Source of the DNA: Vicugna vicugna
Lineage: Eukaryota
NCBI GenBank assembly: GCA_013265495.1
Contig: MU061579.1
Span: 358,872 to 422,871, forward strand
Direction of reading: 5' to 3'
Length of the DNA: 64,000 bases
In this document: piece by piece, positions 13,223 through 26,545 of the stretch
Layout: every line of letters starts with the position of its first letter
Numbering within the stretch: position 1 is the first letter of the stretch
Translations under genes and position numbers: made by a program
The notes under the pieces: generated by a model
What the model was told of the DNA's origin: nothing
Databases searched by the model: none
The model's input: the letters and a program-made list of their open reading frames with translations, nothing else

Positions 13223-15519
13223 TATCTTTCCCAATGTGACCTGTTATTATATATTCTTTTGAGATCAAATCACCATATTTCTTCAATAATTTAAGGAAAT
13301 TGTTTTTAAAGGCTTGACATTTTTTTGTTGTTGTAGTTGCCGGGAGGTGGAGGCATGGGGAGTGTCAAATTAGCTCCCTCAAATTTTATCCTTTTGTAAT
13401 TAGAATTTCAATTATTTCCCAAATAGTATGTTCTTAAAATTTCCCCTCTTGTCTGCCACATTCCTACCTACTCACACTGATGGTGAGATTTTGAAATGAA
13501 TCCTTATTGACTTAATATTTCAGCAGGTGGGAGAGATTAGAGCCACTAGCAAGCTATATTCACCTTCTCTTTCTTCTGGATCATTTACAGAAATGTTAAA
13601 TTAAGGCAGAACTTCTGCCTAAGTACCAATTGCAGTTCTTAAACAATTTATGGCACAGAACTTGTGGAACATTCCTTAAAGCAACAATCGACTCCTTCTG
13701 ATCACATTTGTATATAAGTCTTCAAAGAACGACTTCAAGTATCCGCTACTAAGGCAAACATTCTGCCTGCCAGATGAGTGTCTTTTCCACTCTGAGAATT
13801 AATTCCCTCATCTTGAACCAATGCACCCAATTCTGCTCTACAGTGTTAACTTAAAACTATGTAAGAATTGCTTGATAAGATACGTATCTTTCTTTCTTCC
13901 TGAAATGTATTTGTATTGTTTCTCCATTTCTTTGGTTAAAAACATATGATTTAATAGAGATTCCTAATATCTTTATAAAATTAGTGCAAAATTAGTGGTA
14001 TAGTTTTCCTATTCATTTGAAATGCCACAGTTAGTGTTAGTAGCATCTATATTGCTCTTGTTTAAATGTGAAGAATATAATTTTTAAACCATATGTGCTC
14101 AAATTAGTTGTAAATATAATTTAATAAACTTAGGTATTAGACATATGTTCTCCCAGTTACTAATTGTAGAATCATTTTAAATGAATGCAAATAAGAGTTT
14201 TTACTTTTACTCCAGAAATTTAACACTTTTAATGTGTATGCTAATAGTTCACTTTCATTCATATGTATATTAAAATATTTTCAGCTTTATATGTTTTTTT
14301 AAATTTGATTTTAGAATGCTTATCAAGGTAATGTACTTCCTTAATGTAATATTAAGGAGAATTCAAGCAAAGATATACTATGGTTAAAAAGAAAGAAATA
14401 CAAAAGCAGAGAGGTCTTAAGCTAGGAAAAATATTCCAGATCACTCAGGTTGTCTCCACTCAGAAAATGAAGCAACAAAGAGTGTGAAAAATATGTTTAA
14501 ATGGTTACACAACTACGTGATGATTACTACTTGGATGGTATCTTTTGATTTGTAGTTAAATGATATTTACAACCCATCACTGAATCAAACATTTTTGAAG
14601 GTGCAGCAGACCAGCAAGTTCTGCAGTCTAACTCTTTTCTCTCTTTGAGTGCTTTTTAAAGGACAAAGAGCTTCACCCTCTTTGAAGATGCCGAGTGTCT
14701 CTCTATTTGTTCCATGTGCCTTCCACATACTCCAAATCTCTTTATAAATTCTACCACTGACATTAGTTTTGTTCTTTAGTTTAATATAAGACTATTCCTC
14801 AAATGTTGAAAACAACCATCAGAATAGATACCTTAAGTTTCTTCTGTTGCTTTAAATACACCAATTTTAACAATTCATGTGGATAATTTCTTACATGAAT
14901 ATTCTAATTTGCCATTATTCCTTCTGTTCCTCCAAAGGGCTATACCTGTAATTAAACACAAAGTTTCAGGCGTGGTCAAACTTTTGAAATATTGCTGCCC
15001 TCGTTGTGAATACTGCAATTGTATTTATGAAGCCAACCTGAGATTTTATTGACTTGGGAAATAGCAATTCAGTTGTCCAATAATGCTAACAGAGTTTCTA
15101 CCCAAACCATTGCACCAAGTATGAAATTAAAAAGAAAATGATTTAGACGTGACTCTTGCCTTCAGGTATCCAATAGGGTTAACACATTAATGCAAGTGAA
15201 GACCAATGAGGAGGAGGAGAATGATTCTTACTGGAAACTGGAGCAAGAATAAGGATTTAACATCTGATCTAAGTTTTTGCAGACCAGTGTAATTTGTCAA
15301 GAAGAAAAAGGGAAACTATTTCATGCATGGAAATAAAGCATATGAAAGGAAAGATTACCATAAATTAATCAGTTATTTTTGGAATAATAAGTAACTTCCA
15401 ATTTTCAGGTTATAGACACTAAGAGAATACAGTTGGAGGAAAAAAATAAAGGCAAAAAAATTTTTTTAACGTGTGTACATTTAGGAATCTTTTGGTTGAA
15501 CATGTCAGAAAGTACAGTC

Positions 15520-15960
15520 GAGACTGTAAATAGGCTTCAGAAAAAAAAAGACACAAAAAGAAAAGAAAGACAAAAGAAAAATATTGGCAGTCCATCAGTT
15601 GATTTAGCTCTAGCCTGCGGTACCACTTCATCAAGGGGCTCTCCTAAATTTACCAGGATCTGGTCGCGATACCTGCCTCAGTTCTGCCTCCTTCATGCTG
15701 TAGAACCAACACGATAACAAGAGGGCTGACAGTAGCCTCGCCCTATGTCTTTGCACTGGCAAGCCCAGCATGAAGGAGATTCGCTGTCTCTCAGAATTCG
15801 AACAAAAATCTGGGCACTGACTCTCATTGGCTCACACTGGGTAAAATACCTGTCCGTGGGCCAATCACAGAATTTGTGGCATGGGCTGTACTGTTTTGGG
15901 CAGATCTGAATCACATATCCATATCCACAGACAGAGAAGAAATGGGATAGTGTCCACTTC
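15520..15960 (-). mobile_element. Old MaLR LTR (MLT1J/K/L-like), degenerate
   Basis: GACTCTCATTGGCTCACACTGGGTAA...GGGCCAATCACAG double-CCAAT motif typical of old MLT1 LTRs. Confidence 0.5.
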
Positions 15961-16431
15961 ACCTAAAACATAGAAACTGAAGGTTGGGGTAAGTTTATCC
16001 ATGCCCCCCCCCACCACATACCCACACACACACACAAATATCAAGTTTCTGACATCAAAAGAAAGAAGAATGGCCAAAGGTATAGGGGGAGAGGAAGTGT
16101 GCATTGTGAGATAAATTTTTTTTCTAGAAATATGCCAAAGTCATCTGTGATGTATGAGCAGCTATTTATTCAGTAATCATGTGGTAGGCATTACCCATTA
16201 CGTATAATCCTCACAAATTCTCTGTAAGGCATGTAGTTTCATCTCCATTTTATAACTGAAGTAAATTAAATTTGTTTAAGTCTATGTGTGGAAGAGGTGG
16301 AATTTGATAATTTAATTAAGGCAACTTTTAAAGTAAAACTGATGCCTTTCCTATACAATGTTTTCATGAAATAATTGTAATACTATTTATTTGCAGTAGA
16401 CTATCTCTACCTTCAAAGAAAGAGCCTAGAT

Positions 16432-16608
16432 CAGTGTTTATCAACCTTGACTGCACTTTGGAATCACCTGGACGCTTTAAAATATGCTGAGTTCTGGTTC
16501 TCACCTTTAAGGATACTGATTTAAAGTGGCATGCAGTAAAGCCCATGCATTAGGATTTCTAAACCTGCTCCTGTGATCCAAATACGCAACCGAGTTTAGA
16601 GACCACTG
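16432..16608. mobile_element. MER5B-like hAT-Charlie MITE
   Basis: TIRs CAGTGTTTATCAAC / GTTTAGAGACCACTG; internal CTGCACTTTGGAATCACCTGG; 177 bp. Confidence 0.85.
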
Positions 16609-19289
16609 GTGTAAAGAACAGAAGGGCATCTGATATAGGAACCTTGCTCTATTTTGCATCTAGTTTATCAGATTCTATATTAATAATAAAAAAAATTATA
16701 GTCATGATATCAAAAAGTCAGATAGGAACCATATTTCCTTCTATGGTCCTGTTTAGTCTTACAAAATTGCTCTTACATCAATAAAATCTATACTTATTTT
16801 TTTGTGTGGCTATTTACTAAGCATAGTTGAAGTAGATGGAGAAGACATGGTCACTGCCATATAATGATTTCTCAGAACAGTTTCGTTTCCCCTACAAAAA
16901 TGTGATGACTGACTGAGACAAATCTGAGAGGGAGGAGGAAGCAGAGACAGTGGCTTCTTTGTCTTCTATCGGCTATCTCAGCCGAGTCGACCAGGTCCTG
17001 CTGCCCTCTGCATCCGTGTCCCTCACGTGGAGAGCAGGGACCTGTCTTCTCAGCATTCCCACAAACCAGCCCTTCAGTTCTGTGCTGTAATTTCTATCGC
17101 ACCCAATCTTTGGCTTCTTTGTAAAACTTGGTTTTGAGAAGAGGGGGATAATTGTCTCCCAAAGTCTGAAATGGTGTGGCCCAGCATTTCCCAACCTAAA
17201 TTAAAAGGCAGAGGAACATAGACAAATACAGTGATGTAACATCTAGCGGTGGAGGAGCTTAGCAATGAAATAAAGTCAGACTCAGAGATCAGTAACATTT
17301 TTTATCATGAATAGAGAGTAGTGTATAAAATTACTCGAGCGAGTGCCTAAAAGCCATTTAAATTGTTGCTAGAGAAGAAAACAGTCAGGGCTTGGGTAAA
17401 AATGGGCCAGTTTTATTCTCAGAGCAGTCTCATCCTTCACTGGGAGAGAGTTTCAGAATACGTTCTTTAAATGTATTAAAATGTATGATCCTATCTGGCA
17501 TATTAAATGATATTCATAGTCTCATATAAATTCTTATTATAAACTACACTAAATGCTAAAGTTTAATGTATTTCGTCTTTTCCCTGAAGGGGCTGTTTCC
17601 ACAAAGGAATCATTCAAACCTTTTCTAAGGAGCATAGACTCCTTTAAATATTTAGTAGAGTGTCACTTCTTTTTGAGTCTGATAAAAGTAAGACTTTCTT
17701 TAGTCCTTTCAACATAAAAGAAGCAGTATTACTGACATCATTCTCTCCGTTAGAAGAGTGTCTTCAAATCATCAAAATGAAAAAAAAAATCACCTTTCTT
17801 CTTTAACTGAACTTAGTCTGCTGACCCTGAAAACAATGTTAACCACGTGTATATTTAATATCATAAAGTTTCTATACATTGTAATTATTTTTGTTCTCCA
17901 GATGAAGGACTGAGTAGTCTAATTTACTGTGAAATACTTTCAACTCTTTAAACATCACATATCCACTGAAAATATTTCAGGAAATAGAATTTAAAATGCA
18001 TGCTTTGGCTACAGTGCAGAGATCACCAAGTTCAAGCTTCCGTCCATGTGACTGATAGATACGAATTGAGCTCTTTCGCATGAGCCAGGACCTGAGCCAA
18101 ACAACCAAAGAAATGGGTGGGAACTTGAAGTCTGTGTAAGAGAGTTTGCATGTCATTTCATGAATAAGGGCAGGCACTGGAGTTTTTTGAAGCAGGAGAG
18201 TGACACTAACGTATTTATATCTGAAAAGAATATTCTGTTACCTTCATGGATAACAGCTTGAAGGAAGCCAGTATGAAAATAACAATTTCTGTTAAGATGA
18301 TTTGGACCTCCCAAGGAGTCTGGACACTGACCTCTCAAACCTGTTAATTTTCCACATTGTATGGTCACTTATTTTCTTAAACATTTCTGTAGAAAGTGTC
18401 CCTGAGCTTTCTCAGCATTCTTAATGTTCAACAACATCAACCTATGGAAGCTTTACGTGGGGGAAAACCAGTGTGACATAATGGAAATATATGACCGAAA
18501 ATATTTTAAATCTTTAAAACACATTAAAATACTTTTTATGTATTTAAGAGTATCTTCCCAAATTGGGATTTGTCCAGCCATATACTTCTTTCTTTGACAC
18601 AGTAAAATAGCTTGTATGTGGTTTCTAGGAATCAGATACAAATAAGATACACTTTACGAGATGAAGACAGAGAGAATGTCACAGCTCTCAAGAAACACAC
18701 TGTCAGTTCTGGACGTCATCATAAGACAAGGACAGACCCATTTTCAGCTGTAAGATCTAGAAGTGCCAATTCTAGTAGTGGACCAAGTTCCACAGGGAAC
18801 TGTGCACGGAGTAACTGTGAAAGGAGCTTCATGGAGGAGATAATCTAGAGAGAAGTTGTAAATTAATTAAGTCACTCAACACACAAGTAGTCCCCAAAAT
18901 GTGCCTGGCCATGAGCTGGTTGCTGAGTATACAAAAATGGAAAACAGAGAAATGATGCTTTTGGAACTTAAGAAAGGAAGTTCACAATCTTTTTTCCTAA
19001 AATAATTATTATCATCAGGTCCAGGAGACATTGTGTACCTAGATAATATAAATATTCTTCCTGCTGTAAAGAAATAGAAGCTCTGGAAAAAATCTTTTTT
19101 TTTTTTTTAATTCTAATACATCTAACAAAGGAATTGTTCTAGGTACAGATGATAAGTAAGACATACATCTTTCTTCCTTGGACCCATTTCATATGACAAT
19201 GAAGTGAGTTTTTTTTAAAGGGTATAAAACTACAAGAACCGAGAGAAGGGGAAGGGAGATAAGCAACATTGGGTGTGTGTCTGTGTGTA

Positions 19290-19798
19290 TGTTGCCAAGT
19301 ACAGTTTGCACTTGTGGGGTTAAACAGGCAAGGAAGACCTCATTCAAGCTTACTGTCATAGGAGAAAGAGACTGAACTTTTGAAACAAAAAGCCGGAGAG
19401 TTTTTAAGCCCTGAGGTGAGCTAGTGGACAAGTACTGGAGAGTGTTAGTGGGGAGGTTGGCTAATGTGATTAGGCCATCTGTGTTTGCTAATTGACGCTT
19501 GTTGAAGTCCGGCTCCCATTGTCCCATAGAGACTGAAAGATAAAGCCTCTATGTCCTTCTATGATTATATTTCAAAGAGATGGCCCCAAGGTCCTGGAGA
19601 AGGACATTCCTGGGTTATAAAACTGGCAAGAGGTTAGGAGAAGATTTGCATTTCAAAGGAATAGAGAAGGACTTAACAATTAAAAGTTTTCCAAAGTAAA
19701 TGTTCTAAGAAAAGAGGTGGGGGTGGGGGCAGTAGTCAGGAAGAAACCTGTCTCAAATTGAGTTAAGCTGAGGGGAATGTTAAGGCCATTTTGGTTAA
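19290..19798 (-). mobile_element. ERV1-class solo LTR (MER67/MER31-like)
   Basis: Minus strand begins ...ACCAAAATGGCCTTAACATTCCCCTCAGCTTAACTC and contains CTTAGAACATTTACTTTGGAAAAC and CCATCTCTTTGAAAT, recalled from MER67-type LTRs; possible degenerate 4-bp TSD TGTA/TATA. Confidence 0.7.
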
Positions 19799-20049
19799 TA
19801 TATGCATGTGAATATTTTTGTTTTTAGTTTTTTTTTTTTAATTTTGATACTAAAATGAAGCAAGGGCAGTATAAAAAAGGACATTATAGCCCAATTTTAT
19901 GAGTTCAAATAAAATCCTGGATTACTAATTAGCAAACCAAGTTCAGCACTGTATGAAAAGGAAGGAAATTATGGCAGAATGAATTCAGTATCTGCTTTGA
20001 AATGAGACATTAAGGAAACAATTTCTAATATAATGGAAATTATGATAAG

Positions 20050-20225
20050 TGTGTTTGAGACTGTAAACAAGTTGATCTCTTTGGGCCTCAGTTTTTCCTC
20101 TGGCAAATAGAAATAGGTTTGCATCCTTGAATGGCTATTATAGGATTAAGTGATATATCTTATATATGGTGTCTAATTCAGTGTCTGGTTAAAGAAAGCT
20201 CAGTAAATAGTTATTGCTGTTAATT
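20050..20225 (+). mobile_element. MIR SINE fragment
   Basis: CTCTTTGGGCCTCAGTTTTTCCTCTGGCAAATAG core; 3' GGATTAAGTGA...GCTCAGTAAATAGTTATT. Confidence 0.7.
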
Positions 20226-21263
20226 AGATAGGACTTCATGAAGAAAATGTGATAAGTTGAACAAATATATACATTGAAATGTGCAGAAATGTGGCACAGT
20301 ATTTCTGGAGGATCACAAATTAATGGAGCTATACAATAGACTAAGAACAAATGTGGGGTCAACAGGACAGGCATGTGGAAAGGTAAGACAGATCTCAACT
20401 GATGAAGGGTAGCATATTCCGTACTGTGGAGATTATGTAATTTATCATGTTGGTATTAAAGAGATTCATTGAGGTATTTAAATAAGAGGATGGCACAGTG
20501 AGATTCAAACGTTAGAAAGGACTCTGATGGTAGTCTGGAGGGGGAGGGCAGCACATCTGAACAGTGCATTGAAACATGATAGGCAATCGGTGGAAGCTGT
20601 TGAATGGATGAATGAGTAGTGAACAAAGAGTTATGTGGTAGTGACATATTCATTAAAAAATTGTTATGAGTCTAGTAGGTGACAGAATTATTGAAAGAGG
20701 TTGGGAGTAGCATCAGAAATAAAATGCAGACCTTTTCTTAAGACATTTACATGTGTGTCTCCCTGTCTAGAAAATGCTACAGTAGAAGTTTGAGGGCAAG
20801 GTTTCCTCCACTTGACAAAGCCGGAGCCAAGGAGTAGAATGGGAGAAACATTAGGCACATCCTAAAAGCACAGAGGCCACATGTTTACTTGCCTAAACTG
20901 TATTCCCTTTCTGGTCAATTCCCCTTTCCCCTTTTCCCTTGGAAAAATAATTGTTGGATCAGGAGGGTGATATGAGGAAGTATATTGACAGCCGTGTGTA
21001 ATATATTTTAAAATGGAACTATATCCTTAACTGTTACACATTTCACAGTTTCAAGTTTTTCAAAATGACTATTTTCTTGAAATAAAGTGGTCACGTAAAC
21101 CAAAGCAAATACAAAAGACGTATTATATATAGTATAAGCAAGTAGTCCACACTCTTTCTCTAACATAATTTGTTGTATTTGCCATGCTCTGACCTTGGCT
21201 CTAACCATGTTCCCAACAAAGGCCCTTAAGAGGTTAACACAGATGATCACATATTTTTTGTGC

Positions 21264-21393
21264 ATTAAAAATCTGAACGTATAGAAATAGCAAAGAATAT
21301 GGCAATAGGTCTATTCCTTAAAAAATTAAAAATCTGAACACAAATGCACGTATAGAAATAGCAAAGAATATGGCAATAGGTCTATTCCTTAAA
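21264..21393. repeat. Near-perfect local tandem duplication (59-bp and 69-bp copies)
   Basis: ATTAAAAATCTGAAC-GTATAGAAATAGCAAAGAATATGGCAATAGGTCTATTCCTTAAA at 21264-21322 and 21325-21393; second copy has 10 extra bases. Confidence 0.95.
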
Positions 21394-22596
21394 TTAATAA
21401 ACACTGTAGAGTCTTCCTGGAATAAATGAGGCAGTATCTAAACACAGATGTAACATCACAAAACCAGTAACATAATATGTATCTTTCTATTAGTAAGAGT
21501 GTAATAAAAGTGTTGTATCTACCAATTATAAAATAATTAAATGGCTTGCTTAAGATCACTCTGATAAGGAGTGGTAGACTTGAATTTCAGTCAAAATGCA
21601 GGTGTTATTTTCTTCTAATTTTTAGAAGATTATTTTATTCACAACCAGGAAATGATTGTTTGCTTGTTTAGAGAATGTCTTTAGAGGATCTATATAACTT
21701 AGTACTGGCATTGTAAGGCAGAATTAAATTGCATGTTGATAAAACTATACCTTGAGGAAAGTTTACATGTTTTTTGTAAAACACACAGCTATTTGTAATA
21801 ATTTATAATACCTTATTTTTAGATAAGTCATTACATTGCAGTATATTGTAATGGAGAGCGTCTAATACAATGACATGATTTTGTTAGCCACGCATTAAAT
21901 GTTGATGGTATGAAGAACCATCATGTGTAAAAGAGGGCACATATATTCTTACTACACAGGACAGAATTAGAAGTAATAGTTGGAAGTTACAAGGAAGCAG
22001 ATTTCACCTCCACTTCAGGCACTGTCTAAAATAAGAATCTCCTTATAACTGAGCTAGTTGCCTGATTAAGAGCAGAGAAATTTCAAGCTGAGAGTTCTAG
22101 CATTTTTCTGTGAAGGTGAGAGAAGCAATTGGTGTTTGGGGAAGTCTTGGGTCTGCTCCCATATGGAGCACAAAGCTTAAACTAGAAAATAGGAGTGTGT
22201 TCTGTGTCATGCTCAGTAACAGTTAGTTCACAGCAAGTTTATTCATTTTCTGCATTACAAAGTTGCAGGATGTGAATTGGGGCAATTAAGAAAGGTTGTG
22301 ACAAAGAGTCTGAGAGCAAGTAAACTACATATTGAAAGCAGTTAGCTAGAGGGAGAAAAGAATGTGAGGAATGAGGTAAACAGATGCAGACATTTGGATA
22401 ATGCTGATTGGCAGTTTAATGGCTCTTGTCTTCCCCAAATTAGGCATCCAGTGTTTCTGGAACAGCTTCTATTCTTTCTTAACATATTGGTATACACAGT
22501 GTGGCAATTCTGAGGAGGGGAAATCTAGTGAAAAGACTGCGGAGGGCATTAAATACTGGGATTTAGAAGTAATTGGAAGAATATAGCATGGAAGCT

Positions 22597-23447
22597 GTAC
22601 CAGTCAAAGTCCCAGCAAGGAACACATGGTGTACTCAACTGAGATAATCAGAGGAGAGTTTTACAAAGGAACTTCGGGAAAAGGTATGGCCGTGATGGCA
22701 GAAAATTTACAGGGAATATGCAGGACTTCACTGAAAACAGAGCTGTTACTACCCTACATCCAAAAGGACACAGTTTAGAAGACTTGGAAGGAGAGAATCA
22801 TGCAGAGCAGAATTTCTCAAACCATCTGTAGTAAATTTGCCAGAGAAAATGCATGGAGTATTTGGGACAGATTATGCTAGACAATTTATTCATTGTTTTT
22901 TTTTCTGAAATTCAAAATTAAATGGTATATTGTATTTTTAGTTGCAAAATCTGGCAACCTTATCTATGGCGGAAGAACCAAATTTCTGTGTATGTTTGTT
23001 TTGTTTTGTTTACTTTCTAATCCTTTGCAAACTGGTATTTTTGTAAAAACACAGTAAAAATAAATTACTAGCAAAGTGAAATAAAAAAGACAGAATGCAA
23101 GCTCCACCTTTTAAAGTTAAAACCCAGTAAACCTAAAAGTTGCACATAAAATTACAATAAAAGTTTTCAGAGTCTTCTTGTCACCAGCATTCAGACTTTG
23201 GGTAGGAGTAATGAAGAAAAGGGTAACTGGGAGGCGGGAGAGGTATAGTGCCTTCTGGGAGGACGCAGGGAGGTACGTCCTGACCTCTTTCTGATACTTT
23301 TCTTCCTCATCCCTTAAGACTTTCACTGGCCACAAGGCAAGAGAGCTGCCTAACGCAGTAACACAGGTCTCCATCCTGGAATGGAGAGTAAGGTGCAGGA
23401 GGATGGAGAATAATATTTGAAGGAAAAGACTAAAAATATTGAACACA
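22597..23447 (-). mobile_element. Old ERVL LTR (LTR33/LTR41-like), interrupted by DNA transposon fragments
   Basis: TGTACCAGTCAAAGTCCCAGCAAGGAACACATGGTGTACTCAA start; degenerate resumption about 23180-23447 ending AATATTGAACACA. Confidence 0.5.
22836..22960. mobile_element. MER53-like palindromic MITE (partial)
   Basis: TTGCCAGA...AAATCTGGCAACCT termini; CTGAAATTCAAAATTAA...TGTATTTTTAGTTGC. Confidence 0.7.
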
Positions 23448-24942
23448 GAAGTCCAAAGTTTCTATCATAAACTGTCATCCAAGTGGATGTGTTTCATTGT
23501 CAGGTACTATTATGGTTAATAGCTCAGACAATCATTATTTAAATAAGTTAGCATTCACGTACGCCTGGTCTTTCTGAAAGACTAATAATCATAATAACAC
23601 ATTAGTTTTACTTAGTATCTTGGAGAATTCAAAGGGTTGGACTTTTGTCTTTTCCTTTACTGAGCGAAGAAATTACCAACTGAAAACTTGATCGTTTTAG
23701 ACTATCCAAATTTGGAATCACTATCATATATTAAGTAGTGCTACAGTCCTTAGATTCCTGGCCAGAGTGACAGTCATAGAAAAGAGCAGAAGTGTACATT
23801 ATTAATAAGCATTTGAGCAGTCAACGACCTACTGCACATTAACACTTAGAAGCGTAATTGTGCATTTCATATGTTTCTATCCATTCACAGATGAATTATG
23901 GTTATATCAGGGGTGGTGTTGAAAATTAAGTTAAATCATCATTTTGAGTCTTCCTTATTCCACAGAAAATAATGAATAAGAATGAGCTTGACCAAGAGCT
24001 TCAAAAAGATAGATTAGAAGCTGGCACCAGCCCCCAGTTTTATTGCTTTTGTTGTAATTTTAACTAGTTGCCAATGTAACGTTTAAAAATTATACAAATT
24101 GGTAACACTGAAACCACATGCTAGCAAAGCAACAATTACCTGGGAACTGGATAGTTTAGGAGCGATGTAGACCCAACCCCCCTATACCTGACTTGCTTTC
24201 CTTAAAATTGTCTTCCTAGTGTCTGTTGCTACTTTTATCATGATGCTTAAAATTGAACAAAAAAGAGACCCTTGTCTTTCTTTAGTTTGTGTTGCATATA
24301 ACCTTTTAACATCATAAAACGGTAGGTGGGAAGGTTTGGGGAGTGCAAGCACCTAGAGGGGGATTACATCTATTTAAGAATTATTATCCTCAAAATAGGC
24401 TATGCTGATAAATTACTTAAGAAAATTGTTCAAAATATGAAGGCCTGAGCCCCACCACCTGCAAATTCTGATTGAATAAGTTCAACATAGTTAGCAAGAG
24501 TCTATTTTTAGTGTGTGTCCTAGATATTTAAATCCAAGTGTCTTAAACCATTGTCTAATCACAAGATGTCTCACAGCAGGAAATATGTTTATACTGTTTT
24601 GACATGTGCTTTACTTATGCGTACAACTGTCCCAGTGGCAATGTCATTTTTCCTATCAAAGTGCCTAGTGACTCTCTCAATTTCCAGCCCATCAATAACT
24701 ACACTCGGGCATTCAATCTAAGTATGTCTGAATCTGAAATTCAACCTGCCCTCACCAAACATAAAACAAAACCGACTATGGTTCTCTGTTCTACAGTTCA
24801 ATGGCTGGTACTAGCAGCCCTCGTTTGCCCAAGCTAGGGTCACTTCAGGCACCCTGATCTGTATCCTTTGCCTAACTCCCAATGCTCCATCAGTGACTAA
24901 ATTCATATTGTACTTAGGCAGGTCCTGCTAAGTGGATAGTTT

Positions 24943-25580
24943 TGATGCAGGAAAAATGAATGTGGGGTGTAAGGAGGGCTGTGTCCCAGGTTTCAGTTGA
25001 GCCCCTGGGACATGCCCCGCCTAGTGTGGGTCTTTGGCTTCATGCAGGAAAGAATTCAAGAGTCACAGTTGATTAAGGTAGATTTATTTAGAGAGACATC
25101 AAAAGACAAAAGAAAGGCCGCAGTGTGTGGGGGTTGGGTGCTCAGACTAGAGTAGAAGTAGGTACACACTCCATAGACAAGAGTGTGGGCCATCTCCGAA
25201 GAGGGAGAGAGGGGAGCGGCCACAAGGCACTGTGTTGCCAGTTTTTATGGGCTCAGTGGCTTCATATGCTGGTAAGTGGAAGTACTAGTCTAACTAGCCT
25301 AACTAACTAGGGGAAGGGGCTGGGATTCCCAGGAAATTGGCCATTTCCCTCTCTCTGACCTATTATGGCTAGCCTTGGGACTGTCATGGCACCTGTGGGC
25401 ATGTTATTCACCATGTTAATATATTACAATGGGCTTATAATGAAGCTCAAGGTCTACTAGAAGTCAAATCTCCCACTATCTTGAGCTGCCAGGCCTGCTG
25501 GAGCTTGAATCTTTCACCATTCTAGTGTTAATTGCTGTGTTATTCCTTGAATGGCTGTGCCCTGCCCCCTTCCTGTCTCA
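24943..25580 (-). mobile_element. ERV1-type solo LTR, 638 bp, relatively young
   Basis: TG...CA termini (TGATGCAGG / CCTGTCTCA); exact 4-bp TSD GTTT at 24939-24942 and 25581-25584; minus-strand TATA-like CATAAAAA (about 25242-25249) upstream of AATAAA (25083-25088). Confidence 0.88.
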
Positions 25581-26307
25581 GTTTCAAGATGAAAATGCTA
25601 ACATGAAAGTGCTTTTAATCTATTCTTAACTATTCATAGAACAAAGACCAGGCTCCTTATTTCATACACAGATGTAGTTTATAAACAATCTGTCAAACTG
25701 TTTTGTCATAGGAGTGCATTAAGGTGCACTTGATAGTTCTTTTTAAATCAACTCATCATTTTATTTAAATGTTTATTTCAGCTTCACAACATACATCACA
25801 AAGTTCAATAAGTTTATATTAAATTTTTCTTAAGTTATATCGAAATAAATGTATATTTTAAAATATTGCTCTGGATAGCTCCTAAAATTTTCTAGTATTT
25901 GTATAATAAATGTCTAGAAACATGAGAATCCAAGACAGTTTAATATTTTGCCTTTTCTTCATTCTCAAACTTTTGTCTTTTCCTTTGCTGTGTCCATTTT
26001 TTCATGCTCTCTGCCCTGCTGAACTATTTGCAATTTCCTCGTAATTCCAGGTTATTTTATACCTGAATCTTTTACTCAAGTTGCTCTTTCTCCATGAGCT
26101 TATGTACCTCATGGATACTGACTCATCTTTAAAGATCCAGCATCTGGGTTCTATGCTGTATAAATTTTCTCTTGACTTCCTTTATTGAAATCAATGGTAG
26201 ATTTGACTTCTTACCATGCTTCACCCACTTTTCTTAACACTGGTTCTTTTACATAATAATCGTGGTATTTGTGACACATTTTTAGAGATATATTGTCTGC
26301 TAGAGGC

Positions 26308-26545
26308 ACAGCATGATATAATAGCTAAGACATTTGGATGTAGATTCAGACTGTGTGGTTTCAGCGTCCAGCTCTGACAACCACTGGCCATGTGACACGG
26401 AGAAGTTTCTTTACTTCTCAGGTGTTTCCTAATCTGCAAAATGTGGGTTATAATTTGTTTAATAGAATATGTGAAGAGATTAATTCATGCAATGAGTTTA
26501 CCATAGTATCCAGTTTGCAATAATCCATCAGTGTGGCTAATATTA
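26308..26545 (+). mobile_element. Near full-length MIR SINE
   Basis: tRNA-like head (CAGCATGATATAATAGCTAAG...CAGACTG...CCAGCTCTGACA), core GTTTCCTAATCTGCAAAATG, 3' tail. Confidence 0.75.

Noticed and set aside
21264..21393. CRISPR-like direct repeats
   Set aside because: Only two adjacent copies, no spacers, no cas genes, mammalian context
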